This document shows, piece after piece, positions 21,845 through 31,124 of a stretch of DNA of 64,000 nt; within the stretch, counting starts at the first letter, position 1, and the number at the start of each line of letters is the position of its first letter. Under the pieces are notes generated by a model, which did not search any database, had not been told where the DNA came from, and worked only from the letters and a program-made list of their open reading frames with translations. The DNA comes from Armatimonadota bacterium (lineage in GTDB: Bacteria; Armatimonadota; UBA5829; DSUL01). Both the position numbers and the translations under genes were made by a program. The DNA lies in NCBI GenBank assembly GCA_039811685.1, contig JBDHZC010000001.1, positions 192,001 through 256,000 on the forward strand. Reading direction: 5' to 3'.

Positions 21845-22020
21845 GCAGCATACAAGTTATCCAAAGCTGCTGTGTCTCGGGGTACGGGACCTGAGATCTG
21901 GCATAGCTGTACGCGAGGTGTCAGCCAGGCTGGCGACTTTTGCGCGCGGATAGAGGCTTGTGGTAACATCCTCGCGGGTCTCTGTTCACAGAGACTACCC
22001 ATCGCAATCAGGAGGCCACC

Positions 22021-23466
22021 GTGTCCGTTTCAAGTCCCTCAGGAGCCGCGCGCTCCAATGGATCCGCATCCGGGTCGTTCCAGTACGACGTTGCAGTCAT
22101 CGGAGGCGGTCCGGGGGGATATGTCGCAGCCATTCGAGCGGCGCAGCTTGGGGCGCGTGTTGTTGTCATTGAAAAACAGTCTTTAGGGGGCACGTGTCTT
22201 AACGTCGGGTGCATTCCAACGAAGGCGGTCATTTCGAGCGTTGCGCTCTACAACGAGATGAAGAGCGCCGGTGAGCGGGGCCTTGTCGCGCACAATATCG
22301 GCTTCGAGATTGACGGCATTGTCAGCGGCGCACAGCAGGTGGTAAAGAAGCTCGTCGGCGGGGTCGGCGTGCTGATGAAAAAAAACAAGATTACCGTAAT
22401 CAACGGACTTGGATCGCTAAGCGGGCCGAACACCATCGAGATAGCTGGAGCCGAAGGCACACAGCAGCTGAGTGCGGCCAATATCATCATCGCCACTGGC
22501 TCAAAACCCGCGCGTCCGCCGATTGAAGGACTGGAGAACTTCCCCACAGTCTGGACGAGCGACAACGCTGTATTCGCGGATCGCGTTCCGGAGAAGTTGG
22601 CTGTCGTCGGCGCGGGCGCTGTTGGACTGGAGTTCGCTTATATCTTCAACTCACTTGGCGCCAAAGTAACAGTCGTGGAGATGATGCCGCGAATTTTACC
22701 CTCTGGAGATGAGGAGGCGTGCGCGGAGCTTGAAAAGGCGCTGAAAAAGCAGGGAATCGAGATTCGGACGAATACCCTGCTGGCCAAAGCTCGAAAGGTC
22801 AAGAACGGCGGGCGTCTCACGCTGAAGAGCGGCGACAGCGAAGAGCAGATTGATGCGGACGTGATTTTGCTGGCTGCCGGGCGCGTTCCACTCACGGAAG
22901 GTTTGAATCTGGAGCCGATTGGCGTAAAGATGAACCGCGCGGCCATCCTGGTTGACGAGTACAAGCGCACGTCTGTGCCGAGTATCTGGGCGATAGGCGA
23001 CTGTATCGGTGAGCCTCTGCTTGCCCATGCCGCCTCCGCAGAGGGTGAGGCCGCAGCTTCAAATATTATGGGGCACAGTGAGCAGGTGAACTACCACACG
23101 ATACCGGCGGCCGTTTACACACACCCGGAGTACGCGTCTGTGGGCTACACAGAAGCGCAGGCGCGGGAAAAGTATTCGGATGTCAGAGTTGGCAAGTTCA
23201 GCTTTGCCATTAACGGACGAGCGCTGTGCGAGCACGAACTGGAAGGCTTCGCTAAAATCATTGTCTCAGAGAAATACGGAGAGATACTTGGCGCTCATAT
23301 TATCGGCGCTAGAGCGAGTGAGCTCATCGCAGAGTGTGCCACGGCTATCTCATCGGAATTGACCATCCACGAGCTGGTCGCAAGCGTTCATGCGCACCCG
23401 ACACTCTCTGAGGTTGTGATGGAAGCCGCTCACGACGCCCTTGGGCGCTGTATTCACAAAGCGTAG
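22021..23466 (+). CDS. lpdA: Dihydrolipoyl dehydrogenase
   Basis: GGGPGGYVAA, GGTCLNVGCIP, GAGAVGLE, HAHPTLSE. AGGAGG RBS before GTG. Confidence 0.96.
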   Translation: MSVSSPSGAARSNGSASGSFQYDVAVIGGGPGGYVAAIRAAQLGARVVVIEKQSLGGTCLNVGCIPTKAVISSVALYNEMKSAGERGLVAHNIGFEIDGIVSGAQQVVKKLVGGVGVLMKKNKITVINGLGSLSGPNTIEIAGAEGTQQLSAANIIIATGSKPARPPIEGLENFPTVWTSDNAVFADRVPEKLAVVGAGAVGLEFAYIFNSLGAKVTVVEMMPRILPSGDEEACAELEKALKKQGIEIRTNTLLAKARKVKNGGRLTLKSGDSEEQIDADVILLAAGRVPLTEGLNLEPIGVKMNRAAILVDEYKRTSVPSIWAIGDCIGEPLLAHAASAEGEAAASNIMGHSEQVNYHTIPAAVYTHPEYASVGYTEAQAREKYSDVRVGKFSFAINGRALCEHELEGFAKIIVSEKYGEILGAHIIGARASELIAECATAISSELTIHELVASVHAHPTLSEVVMEAAHDALGRCIHKA

Positions 23467-23471
23467 CAAAT

Positions 23472-23966
23472 GTGACAGTGTGGGTAGGTCTCGGCTCTAA
23501 TCTAGGCGACCGGGCGGCTAATCTACAGTGCGCTGTAGATATCCTGAGTGCTTCGGACCTGCAAGTTACCGCGCTCTCCCATGTGTACGAGTCAAGAGCC
23601 ATTTTGAAGGAGAATCAACCGGATTTTCTGAATGCTGTCGCACAGATAGAGACGCTTGTGATTCCACACGAGCTTCTGTGGCGGTGCCTGTCTGTGGAGA
23701 ACGAAATGGGCCGAGTGCGTGCGGAACGCTATGGGCCACGTATCATTGACGTTGATGTTCTGTTGTATGGCCAAGCCCGGATCAACGAGCCTGACCTGGT
23801 CATCCCACATCCAGGAATCAAAGACCGCGCGTTTGTTCTGATTCCACTGCTCGAGATTGCGCCGAACGCCAGTCTGCCTGACGGGGAGGCGGTTGTTCAT
23901 TTTCTGAAGCCGGAAATGCGCCGCCAGATAACACTCCATTCCTCCCTGACACTACCTCCAGCCTAA
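23472..23966 (+). CDS. folK: 2-amino-4-hydroxy-6-hydroxymethyldihydropteridine diphosphokinase
   Basis: GLGSNLGDR, FLNAV, GPRIIDVDVL, IPHP, RAFVLIPL. Confidence 0.95.
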   Translation: MTVWVGLGSNLGDRAANLQCAVDILSASDLQVTALSHVYESRAILKENQPDFLNAVAQIETLVIPHELLWRCLSVENEMGRVRAERYGPRIIDVDVLLYGQARINEPDLVIPHPGIKDRAFVLIPLLEIAPNASLPDGEAVVHFLKPEMRRQITLHSSLTLPPA

Positions 23967-23970
23967 GAGC

Positions 23971-25242
23971 ATGCCGCTATTTCGATACGAAGCCACCGAC
24001 AGACAGGGAGAGCTTAGACGGGGCGCTATGGAGGCCTCGAGCGAAGAGGCTGTCAGGTCGCGTCTCGCTCAGATGGGATACAACCCGGTGACAATTGCCG
24101 CTCCGGCTTCTGCTGGGCGTAGCACCGCAGCGGCAAAAGCTCCGCCAGTAGCAGCCCAGGTCACGATGAGACCATTTGTTGTGTCGCATCTTTCTGTTCG
24201 CGACCAGGCGTACTTCTGGAGGCAGCTTGCCGAGCTGGCGCGGGCGGGGATTGGTCCCTACGATGCCTTTCGGACCCTGGGTGTGCGCAGCCGGAACAAA
24301 GCGATGAAGAGAGCTGCGCTTGACGTTGCTGCGCGCGTTCAGAACGGCACTTCTGTAGCCGATGCGATGGCTGCAAATGGTGACGTGTTCGGGACAGACT
24401 TCCGAATGGCTGTCCTGGCGGGTGAGACTGGCGGATTTGTGCACGAAGTGTACGATGACTTTGCCACCAGCCTGGAGGCAGAGAACAAGCATCGCATGCG
24501 CTGGCGATGGGTGGGCTGGATTTACAAACCCTCTATCGCTTTGAGCATCATGACTGCGCACTTTGTTGTAAAGTTCGCTCATTATGTGCCATCTATCCAG
24601 AGCGCAGCAGGGGATACGGACGCACAGTGGAAAGCGCATCTACTGGTTGGCTGGAATCAGTATCTGCGGGAGACGTTACTCTTTACAATCCCGCTGATTC
24701 TCCTGGTGTTCATCGGCACTCCGCTCCTGCTCGAGTGGCTGGAGCGTGGACCACTGCGCGCCACGGCGGACAGGGTCGTTATGTCGCTTCCAGTTGTTGC
24801 GCAACTCAAGCGCGTTCGCGTGATGGAACGGTTTTTTCGAATGCTCAAAAGGCTGAGCGCTGCAGGTGTACCTGCGCTGGCGGCCTGGGACGCGGCGTCA
24901 GAGTCCGTGGGGAACTACCAGGTTGCGCACAAGTTGCACAGTGGGCGCTCAGCTCTGGCTGCCGGGCAGGGCTTTTCTTCCGCTCTCAGCCTTTCCGGAA
25001 CAGCCTCTCGCAGCGACGTGGACATGCTGGCCACAGCAGATCAGACCGGGCGCGTGCCAGAGATGCTCCAGCATCTAGAGGATGACTATGCAGCGCGGGC
25101 TGAGTCCATTGGCAAGATCATCCGCATCGCCCTGATTGTACTTCTCATCGTCGCAAATGGTGTCCTGTCCATTTACATAGCCATGGCCATAGCCGGCTGG
25201 TATGCCAAAATCATAAACGAAGTGCTGGGGTGGGCGTCATAA
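23971..25242 (+). CDS. Type II secretion system F / PilC family protein (paralog 1)
   Basis: MPLFRYEA..G....G.MEA N-terminus, RQLAEL, AGETGG, two T2SSF domains. Confidence 0.8.
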   Translation: MPLFRYEATDRQGELRRGAMEASSEEAVRSRLAQMGYNPVTIAAPASAGRSTAAAKAPPVAAQVTMRPFVVSHLSVRDQAYFWRQLAELARAGIGPYDAFRTLGVRSRNKAMKRAALDVAARVQNGTSVADAMAANGDVFGTDFRMAVLAGETGGFVHEVYDDFATSLEAENKHRMRWRWVGWIYKPSIALSIMTAHFVVKFAHYVPSIQSAAGDTDAQWKAHLLVGWNQYLRETLLFTIPLILLVFIGTPLLLEWLERGPLRATADRVVMSLPVVAQLKRVRVMERFFRMLKRLSAAGVPALAAWDAASESVGNYQVAHKLHSGRSALAAGQGFSSALSLSGTASRSDVDMLATADQTGRVPEMLQHLEDDYAARAESIGKIIRIALIVLLIVANGVLSIYIAMAIAGWYAKIINEVLGWAS

Positions 25243-26411
25243 TGCCTGTTTTTATGTATAAGGCGCGGACCGGAAGCGGACAGAATGTGGAGGGTGAACT
25301 GGAGGCCCCTTCGGAATCCATGGCCGCCGCCACTCTGCGAGAAAAAGGCCTGTTCCCGCTCAGCATCCGGCAGAAGGCCACATCGTTTCAAGCAGCAGGA
25401 ATCAATCGTGAGAGCGTAGCGTCCCGCATATTTCCGCCGGTTCCACTTTCGCGCAGGCTTCAGTTCTGGCGCCAACTGCACGCGCTCATTCACTCAGGTG
25501 TCTCCAGTTCGGAATCGCTGCGCGATCTCTCAGAGAGTACGCCTGGTCATCTTGGCAGAGTCCTGAAGGAGTGTGCTACTCGCACGGCCTCTGGTGAGCC
25601 GATATCTGACGTGATGGTGGAGTATCCGGCCACTTTTCCAGCAGCCGAGATTGCGCTCATCCGGGCAGGAGAGCATGCGGGCACATTGAGTGAGTCTGTG
25701 CAGGCTCTTGCCGATCTCACCGAGCGCGAGGCGCGAATACGAAGAGAGTTTATCGGACAGCTTGTCTATCCGATGATGATTTTCGTTGCCATCCTTGTTG
25801 TGCCGCTGATTCCTGTTCTGGTTTTGGGATCCGGTGCGGATGCGCTAAGGATTATTCAGCAGCGTTATGTCCCGGGCTTTGTATTGGCCAGCGGGACATG
25901 GTTGTGTCTGAGGGTTCTGACGGTTTTCAGTCCGCGAGCGCGCTATGTATGGGACGCTTTCAAAATCACGGCGCCGGGTATTGGCAAAATTGTCAGAAAG
26001 ATGGCCGCCGGAAAAGCGGTCAGTGTACTGGCGGCCTCATACCGCAGTGGAGTGGGGCTGGCGACTGGTGTTGAGATGGCGGCTGAGGCGAGCGGCAATG
26101 CTGTTATGGCGTCCCAGATGAAAAGTGCGCTTCCCGGCATTCGCCGTGGAGAAGGGCTCACTGCCTCGCTGAGCCAGGCGCATGCATTGCCAGCCCGCGC
26201 ACTGCAGTTGCTGGCGACCGGCGAGAAGACGGGTTCCGTTGACGAGATGATGCGCAAGGCCGATGAGTACTTCAGAGACGAGACACAGTCTGCGCTTAAG
26301 ATTGTCTCGGTGACGCTGGGAGTAGTTCTTTTGGTGGTGGCGGGCCTCATTGTCGGGCGCATGGCGATAGACGTGTATTCGGGTGCAGCCAGCCACTACA
26401 CTGTGGAATAG
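25242..26411 (+). CDS. Type II secretion system F / PilC family protein (paralog 2)
   Basis: MPVFMYKAR..G..VEG.LEA, RQLHAL, AGEHAG, YP, TGEKTG. TAATG overlap with the upstream gene. Confidence 0.85.
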   Translation: MPVFMYKARTGSGQNVEGELEAPSESMAAATLREKGLFPLSIRQKATSFQAAGINRESVASRIFPPVPLSRRLQFWRQLHALIHSGVSSSESLRDLSESTPGHLGRVLKECATRTASGEPISDVMVEYPATFPAAEIALIRAGEHAGTLSESVQALADLTEREARIRREFIGQLVYPMMIFVAILVVPLIPVLVLGSGADALRIIQQRYVPGFVLASGTWLCLRVLTVFSPRARYVWDAFKITAPGIGKIVRKMAAGKAVSVLAASYRSGVGLATGVEMAAEASGNAVMASQMKSALPGIRRGEGLTASLSQAHALPARALQLLATGEKTGSVDEMMRKADEYFRDETQSALKIVSVTLGVVLLVVAGLIVGRMAIDVYSGAASHYTVE

Positions 26412-26526
26412 AGACTGTGAGCCTGTGCGGATTGCGCGGCTCTGCTGGTTGTGGTAATGTCTGACGGGTGGAGCATGCGGCCGACAGAGCCGGGTCTCCA
26501 AGGCTATGGGAGGATGCGCAGGCATC

Positions 26527-27666
26527 ATGCCTCCAGTCCGCAACTATTACGAGATTCTGGGTGTTGCACAAGGTGCGACACAGGCGGAGATCAAGGCCAG
26601 CTATCGTCGGCTGGTCAGAAAGTACCATCCAGACATCCATCCGGACAAACGGCTGGCACAGCGCGCGATGGTGCAGATCAACGAAGCCTACGGCGTCCTT
26701 TCCGACCCTGACCGCCGCAGTTACTACGACGTTGAACAAGCCGCTGCCAAACGCGCGGGCTCAACTCCGACCAGTTCCATTTCCAGACCAAGACCAGCGC
26801 CCTCGGCCGCGCCACCCCCGCGCTCAGCTCCAGACAGAGCGCTTCGCGATGCGGAGTTTGCTTTCATAAGGGGCAGAATGGGAGAAGCTGAAGCCTACTG
26901 CCGCGAAGCCTTGCGTTTGCAGCGTTCAAGTGGCCGGGCCTATGCTATTCTCGGGGATATCTACCACGCGCGCAATCTTCGGGACAAGGCAGTTGAATAC
27001 TATACGTATGCCGTGCAGTTTGACCCGTATAACCGCGATATCCAGTCAAAGCTCAATCGCCTGATAGGTTTGGAGATCAGAACGGCAAAGAAAGGGCGCT
27101 CAGCGCAGGCTTCAGGCATCCCAAAACCGGCCGTGTTTGCCGCGAACCTGGCCGGATGGGTGAGCTTCTGCATGATGTTCGCATACTGGATTGCCGAAAT
27201 TGGACCTGCGGGACCTGCGGTTTCCATGGCGACGTCGGGTCTGCTCAAAGGCTGGAACTGGCAGATAAGCCTTGCTTTGTGTGCTGAGGGGCTTCTGCTG
27301 GGAGCGCTTCTACGGTCGGGGCGGTTTCTTGGGCATTACGCCGATGAACTGGTGTTTCAGTCGATCCGCCGGGGCGTCACTCGAGCACCGATTGGTCTGA
27401 TGCTTCTGGCTCTGGCAGCGATATTTTTCTGGCTTGCTCTGGTGGTCTATCTGCTTATGGCAACGTTTCAGGAGAACATGTCGAAAAGCCTTGTGCGCGG
27501 GTTTTTCGTGACTGTTATTTTTCTGCTTGTTGCCGGTTTGTTCAGCCCTTTTCACGCAGCTGTGCTGGCTATCGGAGGCAACTTCGTTTTTGTTGCGCTG
27601 TTGACGGGATGGTGGATGGTGGATGTGTTCCGGGATAACTGGGTACGAGAACTGGATGTCAGATAA
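26527..27666 (+). CDS. J-domain (DnaJ-like) protein with TPR and C-terminal TM helices
   Basis: NYYEILGV...KYHPD...INEAYGVLSDP, a TPR-like segment and ~6 hydrophobic helices. GGAGG RBS. Confidence 0.85.
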   Translation: MPPVRNYYEILGVAQGATQAEIKASYRRLVRKYHPDIHPDKRLAQRAMVQINEAYGVLSDPDRRSYYDVEQAAAKRAGSTPTSSISRPRPAPSAAPPPRSAPDRALRDAEFAFIRGRMGEAEAYCREALRLQRSSGRAYAILGDIYHARNLRDKAVEYYTYAVQFDPYNRDIQSKLNRLIGLEIRTAKKGRSAQASGIPKPAVFAANLAGWVSFCMMFAYWIAEIGPAGPAVSMATSGLLKGWNWQISLALCAEGLLLGALLRSGRFLGHYADELVFQSIRRGVTRAPIGLMLLALAAIFFWLALVVYLLMATFQENMSKSLVRGFFVTVIFLLVAGLFSPFHAAVLAIGGNFVFVALLTGWWMVDVFRDNWVRELDVR

Positions 27667-28447
27667 ACGGCTGAGCGCCCCAGCGCTGATACAGATGAAG
27701 AAAACCGGCCAGAAGATCGTCTGCCTTACGGCCTACGACTATCCCACCGCTCGTCTGGTGGACGCTGCGGGGGTGGATCTTGTTCTGGTCGGGGACAGCC
27801 TTGGAAATGTCGTCCTAGGCTATGAAAACACTCTGCCAGTAACCGTTGACGACATGGTGCACCATGCCAAAGCGGTAGCGCGTGGCGTGTCGCGCGCTAT
27901 GTTAGTGGTGGATATGCCTTTTATGTCCTATCAGACGAGCATCCCGTCTGCGTTGGAGAACGCCGGGAGGTTTCTGAAGGAAGCCGGCGCGCAGGGTGTG
28001 AAACTTGAAGGCGGGGCGGAAGTGGCGGAGACAGTGGCAAAGCTTGTGCAGGCGGGTATTCCCGTACTTGGGCATCTGGGGATGACTCCTCAGAGCGTGC
28101 ATGCGTTTGGGGGATATGTCAAGCAGGCCAGAAGCGCGGATGCTCAGGAGAAGCTGATCTCCGACGCCCAGGCGCTACAGGACGCGGGCGCATTTGCGAT
28201 TGTTCTGGAATTGATACCGTCCGAAGCCGCCGCGCAAGTGACGCAGGCTGTTGAGATTCCAACAATCGGAATCGGCGCGGGATCAGGCTGTGACGGGCAG
28301 GTGCTGGTGGTAAATGACATGCTTGGGATGGATGAACGCTTTGCTCCAAAGCATTCTCGTCAGTACGCGCGTCTTCACGAGATTATGCGCTCTGCTTTTG
28401 AATCTTACGCCGAAGATGTTCGCTTCGGCCGTTTTCCTGAGGACTGA
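27656..28447 (+). CDS. panB: 3-methyl-2-oxobutanoate hydroxymethyltransferase
   Basis: LTAYD, LVGDSLG, DMPFMSY, VKLEGG, GHLGMTPQ, GIGAG..CDGQVLV. Confidence 0.97.
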   Translation: MSDKRLSAPALIQMKKTGQKIVCLTAYDYPTARLVDAAGVDLVLVGDSLGNVVLGYENTLPVTVDDMVHHAKAVARGVSRAMLVVDMPFMSYQTSIPSALENAGRFLKEAGAQGVKLEGGAEVAETVAKLVQAGIPVLGHLGMTPQSVHAFGGYVKQARSADAQEKLISDAQALQDAGAFAIVLELIPSEAAAQVTQAVEIPTIGIGAGSGCDGQVLVVNDMLGMDERFAPKHSRQYARLHEIMRSAFESYAEDVRFGRFPED

Positions 28448-28461
28448 GACAACTCTCGCCA

Positions 28462-29358
28462 GTGCGCATTCTCCAGTCTCCCAACGAACTTCAAAGGCTC
28501 TGTTTGAGCGCCCGATGTGGCGTTGACGAGTTTTCTAAGCGCATGCTTACCGGTTTTGTGCCGACAATGGGCGCGCTTCACGAGGGTCATCTGAGCCTCA
28601 TTCGTCAGGCCCGCACCGATAACGATCTGGTCATCGTTTCCATCTTTGTCAACCCGACACAGTTTGGCGCGGGTGAAGACCTGGACAAGTATCCCCGCCC
28701 CCTTGAGCGTGACCTGGACCTATGCGAAGCGCAAGGAGCGGATATCGTCTTTACGCCGCAGCCGCAGGATATCTATCCATCAGGCTACCAGACCTACGTT
28801 GATCCTGGTTCACTCGCTGAAGGACTGTGCGGAGCCTCTCGGCCGGGACATTTTCGCGGCGTCGCGACTGTAGTGCTCAAACTCCTGAACATCACAGTGC
28901 CGACGCGGGCGTACTTTGGCATGAAAGACTACCAGCAGCTTCGTATCATTCAGCGGATGGTGGAGGACCTGGACATGCCGACGCAGATCGTGCCAATGCC
29001 TACCGTGCGGGAGAAGGACGGTCTGGCTATGTCCAGCCGCAATGCCTATCTCTCCGCAGAAGAGAGAGTTGCAGCTCCGGTCTTGATCCGGGCGTTGCGG
29101 CATGCGGCGCAGATATGGGCACACGGTCAGCGAGACGTGGAGACGTTGAAGAAGGCCGCACTCGAGGTCATCGCCACAGAGCCGCTGGTTCGAGTTGACT
29201 ACGTCCAGGCGCTTGATCCGGTGACTCTTCGTCCTGAGTTGGGCCCTGGCACAGGCTTGCTGCTTGCCGGCGCCATTTTTATCGGGAAAACGCGCCTGAT
29301 TGACAACGTTGTTGTGAATGGAGATGGCGCTGAGTTGCCTTCTGCCCCAGCGCAATAA
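28462..29358 (+). CDS. panC: Pantoate--beta-alanine ligase
   Basis: VPTMGALHEGH, SIFVNPTQF, RPGHFRGV, FGMKDYQQ, GLAMSSRN, RLIDN. Confidence 0.97.
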   Translation: MRILQSPNELQRLCLSARCGVDEFSKRMLTGFVPTMGALHEGHLSLIRQARTDNDLVIVSIFVNPTQFGAGEDLDKYPRPLERDLDLCEAQGADIVFTPQPQDIYPSGYQTYVDPGSLAEGLCGASRPGHFRGVATVVLKLLNITVPTRAYFGMKDYQQLRIIQRMVEDLDMPTQIVPMPTVREKDGLAMSSRNAYLSAEERVAAPVLIRALRHAAQIWAHGQRDVETLKKAALEVIATEPLVRVDYVQALDPVTLRPELGPGTGLLLAGAIFIGKTRLIDNVVVNGDGAELPSAPAQ

Positions 29359-29361
29359 TTG

Positions 29362-29391
29362 TTGACATTTATCCGCGCGTGATGGTATAAA
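29362..29391 (+). promoter_or_regulatory. Promoter of tRNA-Asn
   Basis: TTGACA (29362-29367) ... TGgTATAAA (-10 at 29386-29391). Confidence 0.7.
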
Positions 29392-29415
29392 CTGCCTTAG
29401 AACAGGCTTCGATAT

Positions 29416-29491
29416 TCCCCGATAGCTCAATTGGCAGAGCGCTTGGCTGTTAACCAGGATGTTCATGGTTCGAGTCCATGTCGGGGAGCCA
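29416..29491 (+). tRNA. tRNA-Asn(GTT)
   Basis: 76 nt. Acceptor TCCCCGA/TCGGGGA, D-arm GCTC/GAGC, anticodon loop CTGTTAA, T-loop GTTCGAGT, encoded CCA. Confidence 0.97.
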
Positions 29492-29505
29492 TTTTTATGG
29501 GTCCT

Positions 29506-29545
29506 AAGGCAGAGTAGTACGTGGTACGGCTCTGCCTTTTTGTTT
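29506..29545 (+). terminator. Rho-independent terminator after tRNA-Asn
   Basis: AAGGCAGAGT/GCTCTGCCTT stem plus TTTTTGTTT. Confidence 0.8.
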
Positions 29546-29592
29546 GTGCCGTGCGGCTGCGGTGGTGTCGGGACCAGCCTTCCCGAAGTATC

Positions 29593-29717
29593 AAGGGTGT
29601 ACAACCGTTTCGGATGCTGCGGGAATGACAAGTCTCACCAGCGTGACCGATGACTGGAGACCGAAATTCCCGCAGCATGCAAAATGGACTGTGGACGATA
29701 AGGGTGTACAACCGTTT
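29593..29717 (+). repeat. 18-bp exact direct repeat bracketing palindrome copy 1
   Basis: AAGGGTGTACAACCGTTT at 29593-29610 and 29700-29717. Confidence 0.9.
29607..29678 (+). repeat. Palindromic repeat copy 1
   Basis: GTTTCGG-ATGCTGCGGGAAT-(39 bp)-ATTCCCGCAGCAT. Confidence 0.95.
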
Positions 29718-30759
29718 ATCTGCAGCCGGGAGAAGAAGTAGCGATTTGGAACAGGGAACGGATTTAACCGAAGCAATACGATGGGCTGGCCAGGCTGCTG
29801 TGTGTGGTACCGATGCCAACAATATAGTGCAAGCGGGACTGCGCTCAATCATCCGGTCGTCCGGCGATATTGGCATCACAAACCCATTCTCGTCGGCCCG
29901 CGACGGCGTCATGCCCGATCAAACTCGAGTGCTTCTATGCTGCATGCAGGATGGGGAGAAGACGTGGCACGTGTGCCTGAAGCTGTACCCGCTCTCTGCC
30001 GCAGGCCAAGCGGCGCTCCATACTCACGCACGGCTATTGCGGAGTCTCAAGGATGTAGTTTCTGTCCCGGATGTTATCAAGGTATTACCAGAGCGCGACC
30101 TGTTCGGGTTTCCGGCCCTGGTCACCACGGCCTGTGGACAGCCACTCGATACTGCGATGACACATGCCTCTGGGGACTTACAGAAACGAATAATCACACG
30201 CGTCGCCGAAGTGGTGTCCGCTCTTCACGCATTCGAACCCTGTGACTCAGGCATGGAGTGTCCATACGATCCGGACTCGGTGCGCAATCAATGGCAGGAG
30301 GATGTGGTTTGGTATAGAGAACACGCTATTCAAGCAGGCAGATATGCCAACGTTGTTCTCAGAGGCGCGGCCGTACTGGCTGACTGTCTCGAGGTGCCCT
30401 CAGTTGGAGCTTTTCTCCACCGTGACCTCACACCATATAACATACTGGCGAGCGGCTCTTCAATTATTCTCATAGATTGGGACCATGCAGGCTTTTCAGC
30501 TCCACAGGAAGATGTCGGCAAGACTCTCATAGGGCTTCTTTCCATGTTGTCGATTCCGCGCAGCGTTCGGCTCCAGTTGGCGCTGAGGTTTCTTGATATT
30601 TACAGCCACTTGAGGTCTCTGTCCAAAGCAGAGCTGTTTTCGCAATCGTTACCTTTTGCGCTGGACACCTTATTGGACTGGGTCGTCGGCGGCAAGAATG
30701 CACCTCAGGAGGAGTTGTCTTGGGCAATGGAGCAACTTCTCAGGAATGATCTGCTTTAG
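29650..30759 (+). CDS. Aminoglycoside phosphotransferase / choline-kinase-like family protein (true start probably downstream, e.g. TTG 29746)
   Basis: Catalytic HRDLTPYNIL and IDWD motifs, LKLY, VPDVI. The ORF-track ATG lies inside the repeat. Confidence 0.7.
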   Translation: MTGDRNSRSMQNGLWTIRVYNRLSAAGRRSSDLEQGTDLTEAIRWAGQAAVCGTDANNIVQAGLRSIIRSSGDIGITNPFSSARDGVMPDQTRVLLCCMQDGEKTWHVCLKLYPLSAAGQAALHTHARLLRSLKDVVSVPDVIKVLPERDLFGFPALVTTACGQPLDTAMTHASGDLQKRIITRVAEVVSALHAFEPCDSGMECPYDPDSVRNQWQEDVVWYREHAIQAGRYANVVLRGAAVLADCLEVPSVGAFLHRDLTPYNILASGSSIILIDWDHAGFSAPQEDVGKTLIGLLSMLSIPRSVRLQLALRFLDIYSHLRSLSKAELFSQSLPFALDTLLDWVVGGKNAPQEELSWAMEQLLRNDLL

Positions 30760-30782
30760 TGGGGTTCCCAACACCAGGGCCA

Positions 30783-30852
30783 GTTTCGGATGCTGCGGGA
30801 ATGACAAGCCTCACCACTGTGACCGATGACTGGAGACGGAAATTCTCGCAGC
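30783..30852 (+). repeat. Palindromic repeat copy 2
   Basis: 65/70 identical to copy 1 by manual alignment, with the same left boundary GTTTCGG. Confidence 0.95.
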
Positions 30853-31026
30853 TGCTTCAGACTAACCGCACAGCCACCGGACGTGGTATCATTTCCTCGT
30901 GAGTAATCAGCCGTATCGGGATAGCTCTCTCGATTGATGCAGCCACTTCATGATAGCGAACTGGTGCTCGACATTACACCCGGCATGGGCTTTGAAGAAC
31001 TTGAGGTTCCGACGATGTGGGAGGTG

Positions 31027-31124
31027 GCTGCGGGAATTGAGGTAGCTGGAGAACGAAACACCTGAGCAACTTGGCATTCCCGCAGCATACAACACCTGTG
31101 CAACTCGTCATTCCCGCAGCGTAC
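31027..31124 (+). repeat. Divergent palindrome plus 34-bp tandem duplication of the right arm
   Basis: GCTGCGGGAAT (31027) paired with ATTCCCGCAGC (31076) across 38 bp. Units 31057-31090 and 31091-31124 are near-identical. Confidence 0.9.

Noticed and set aside
29544..29741. Short ORFs sharing VSDAAGMTSLTSVTDDW (also 31885-32115)
   Set aside because: The shared peptide is just the translated DNA repeat; no RBS or other coding evidence.
29650..30759. Definite antibiotic-resistance gene
   Set aside because: Only fold-level APH/choline-kinase motifs are visible; the substrate is unknown.
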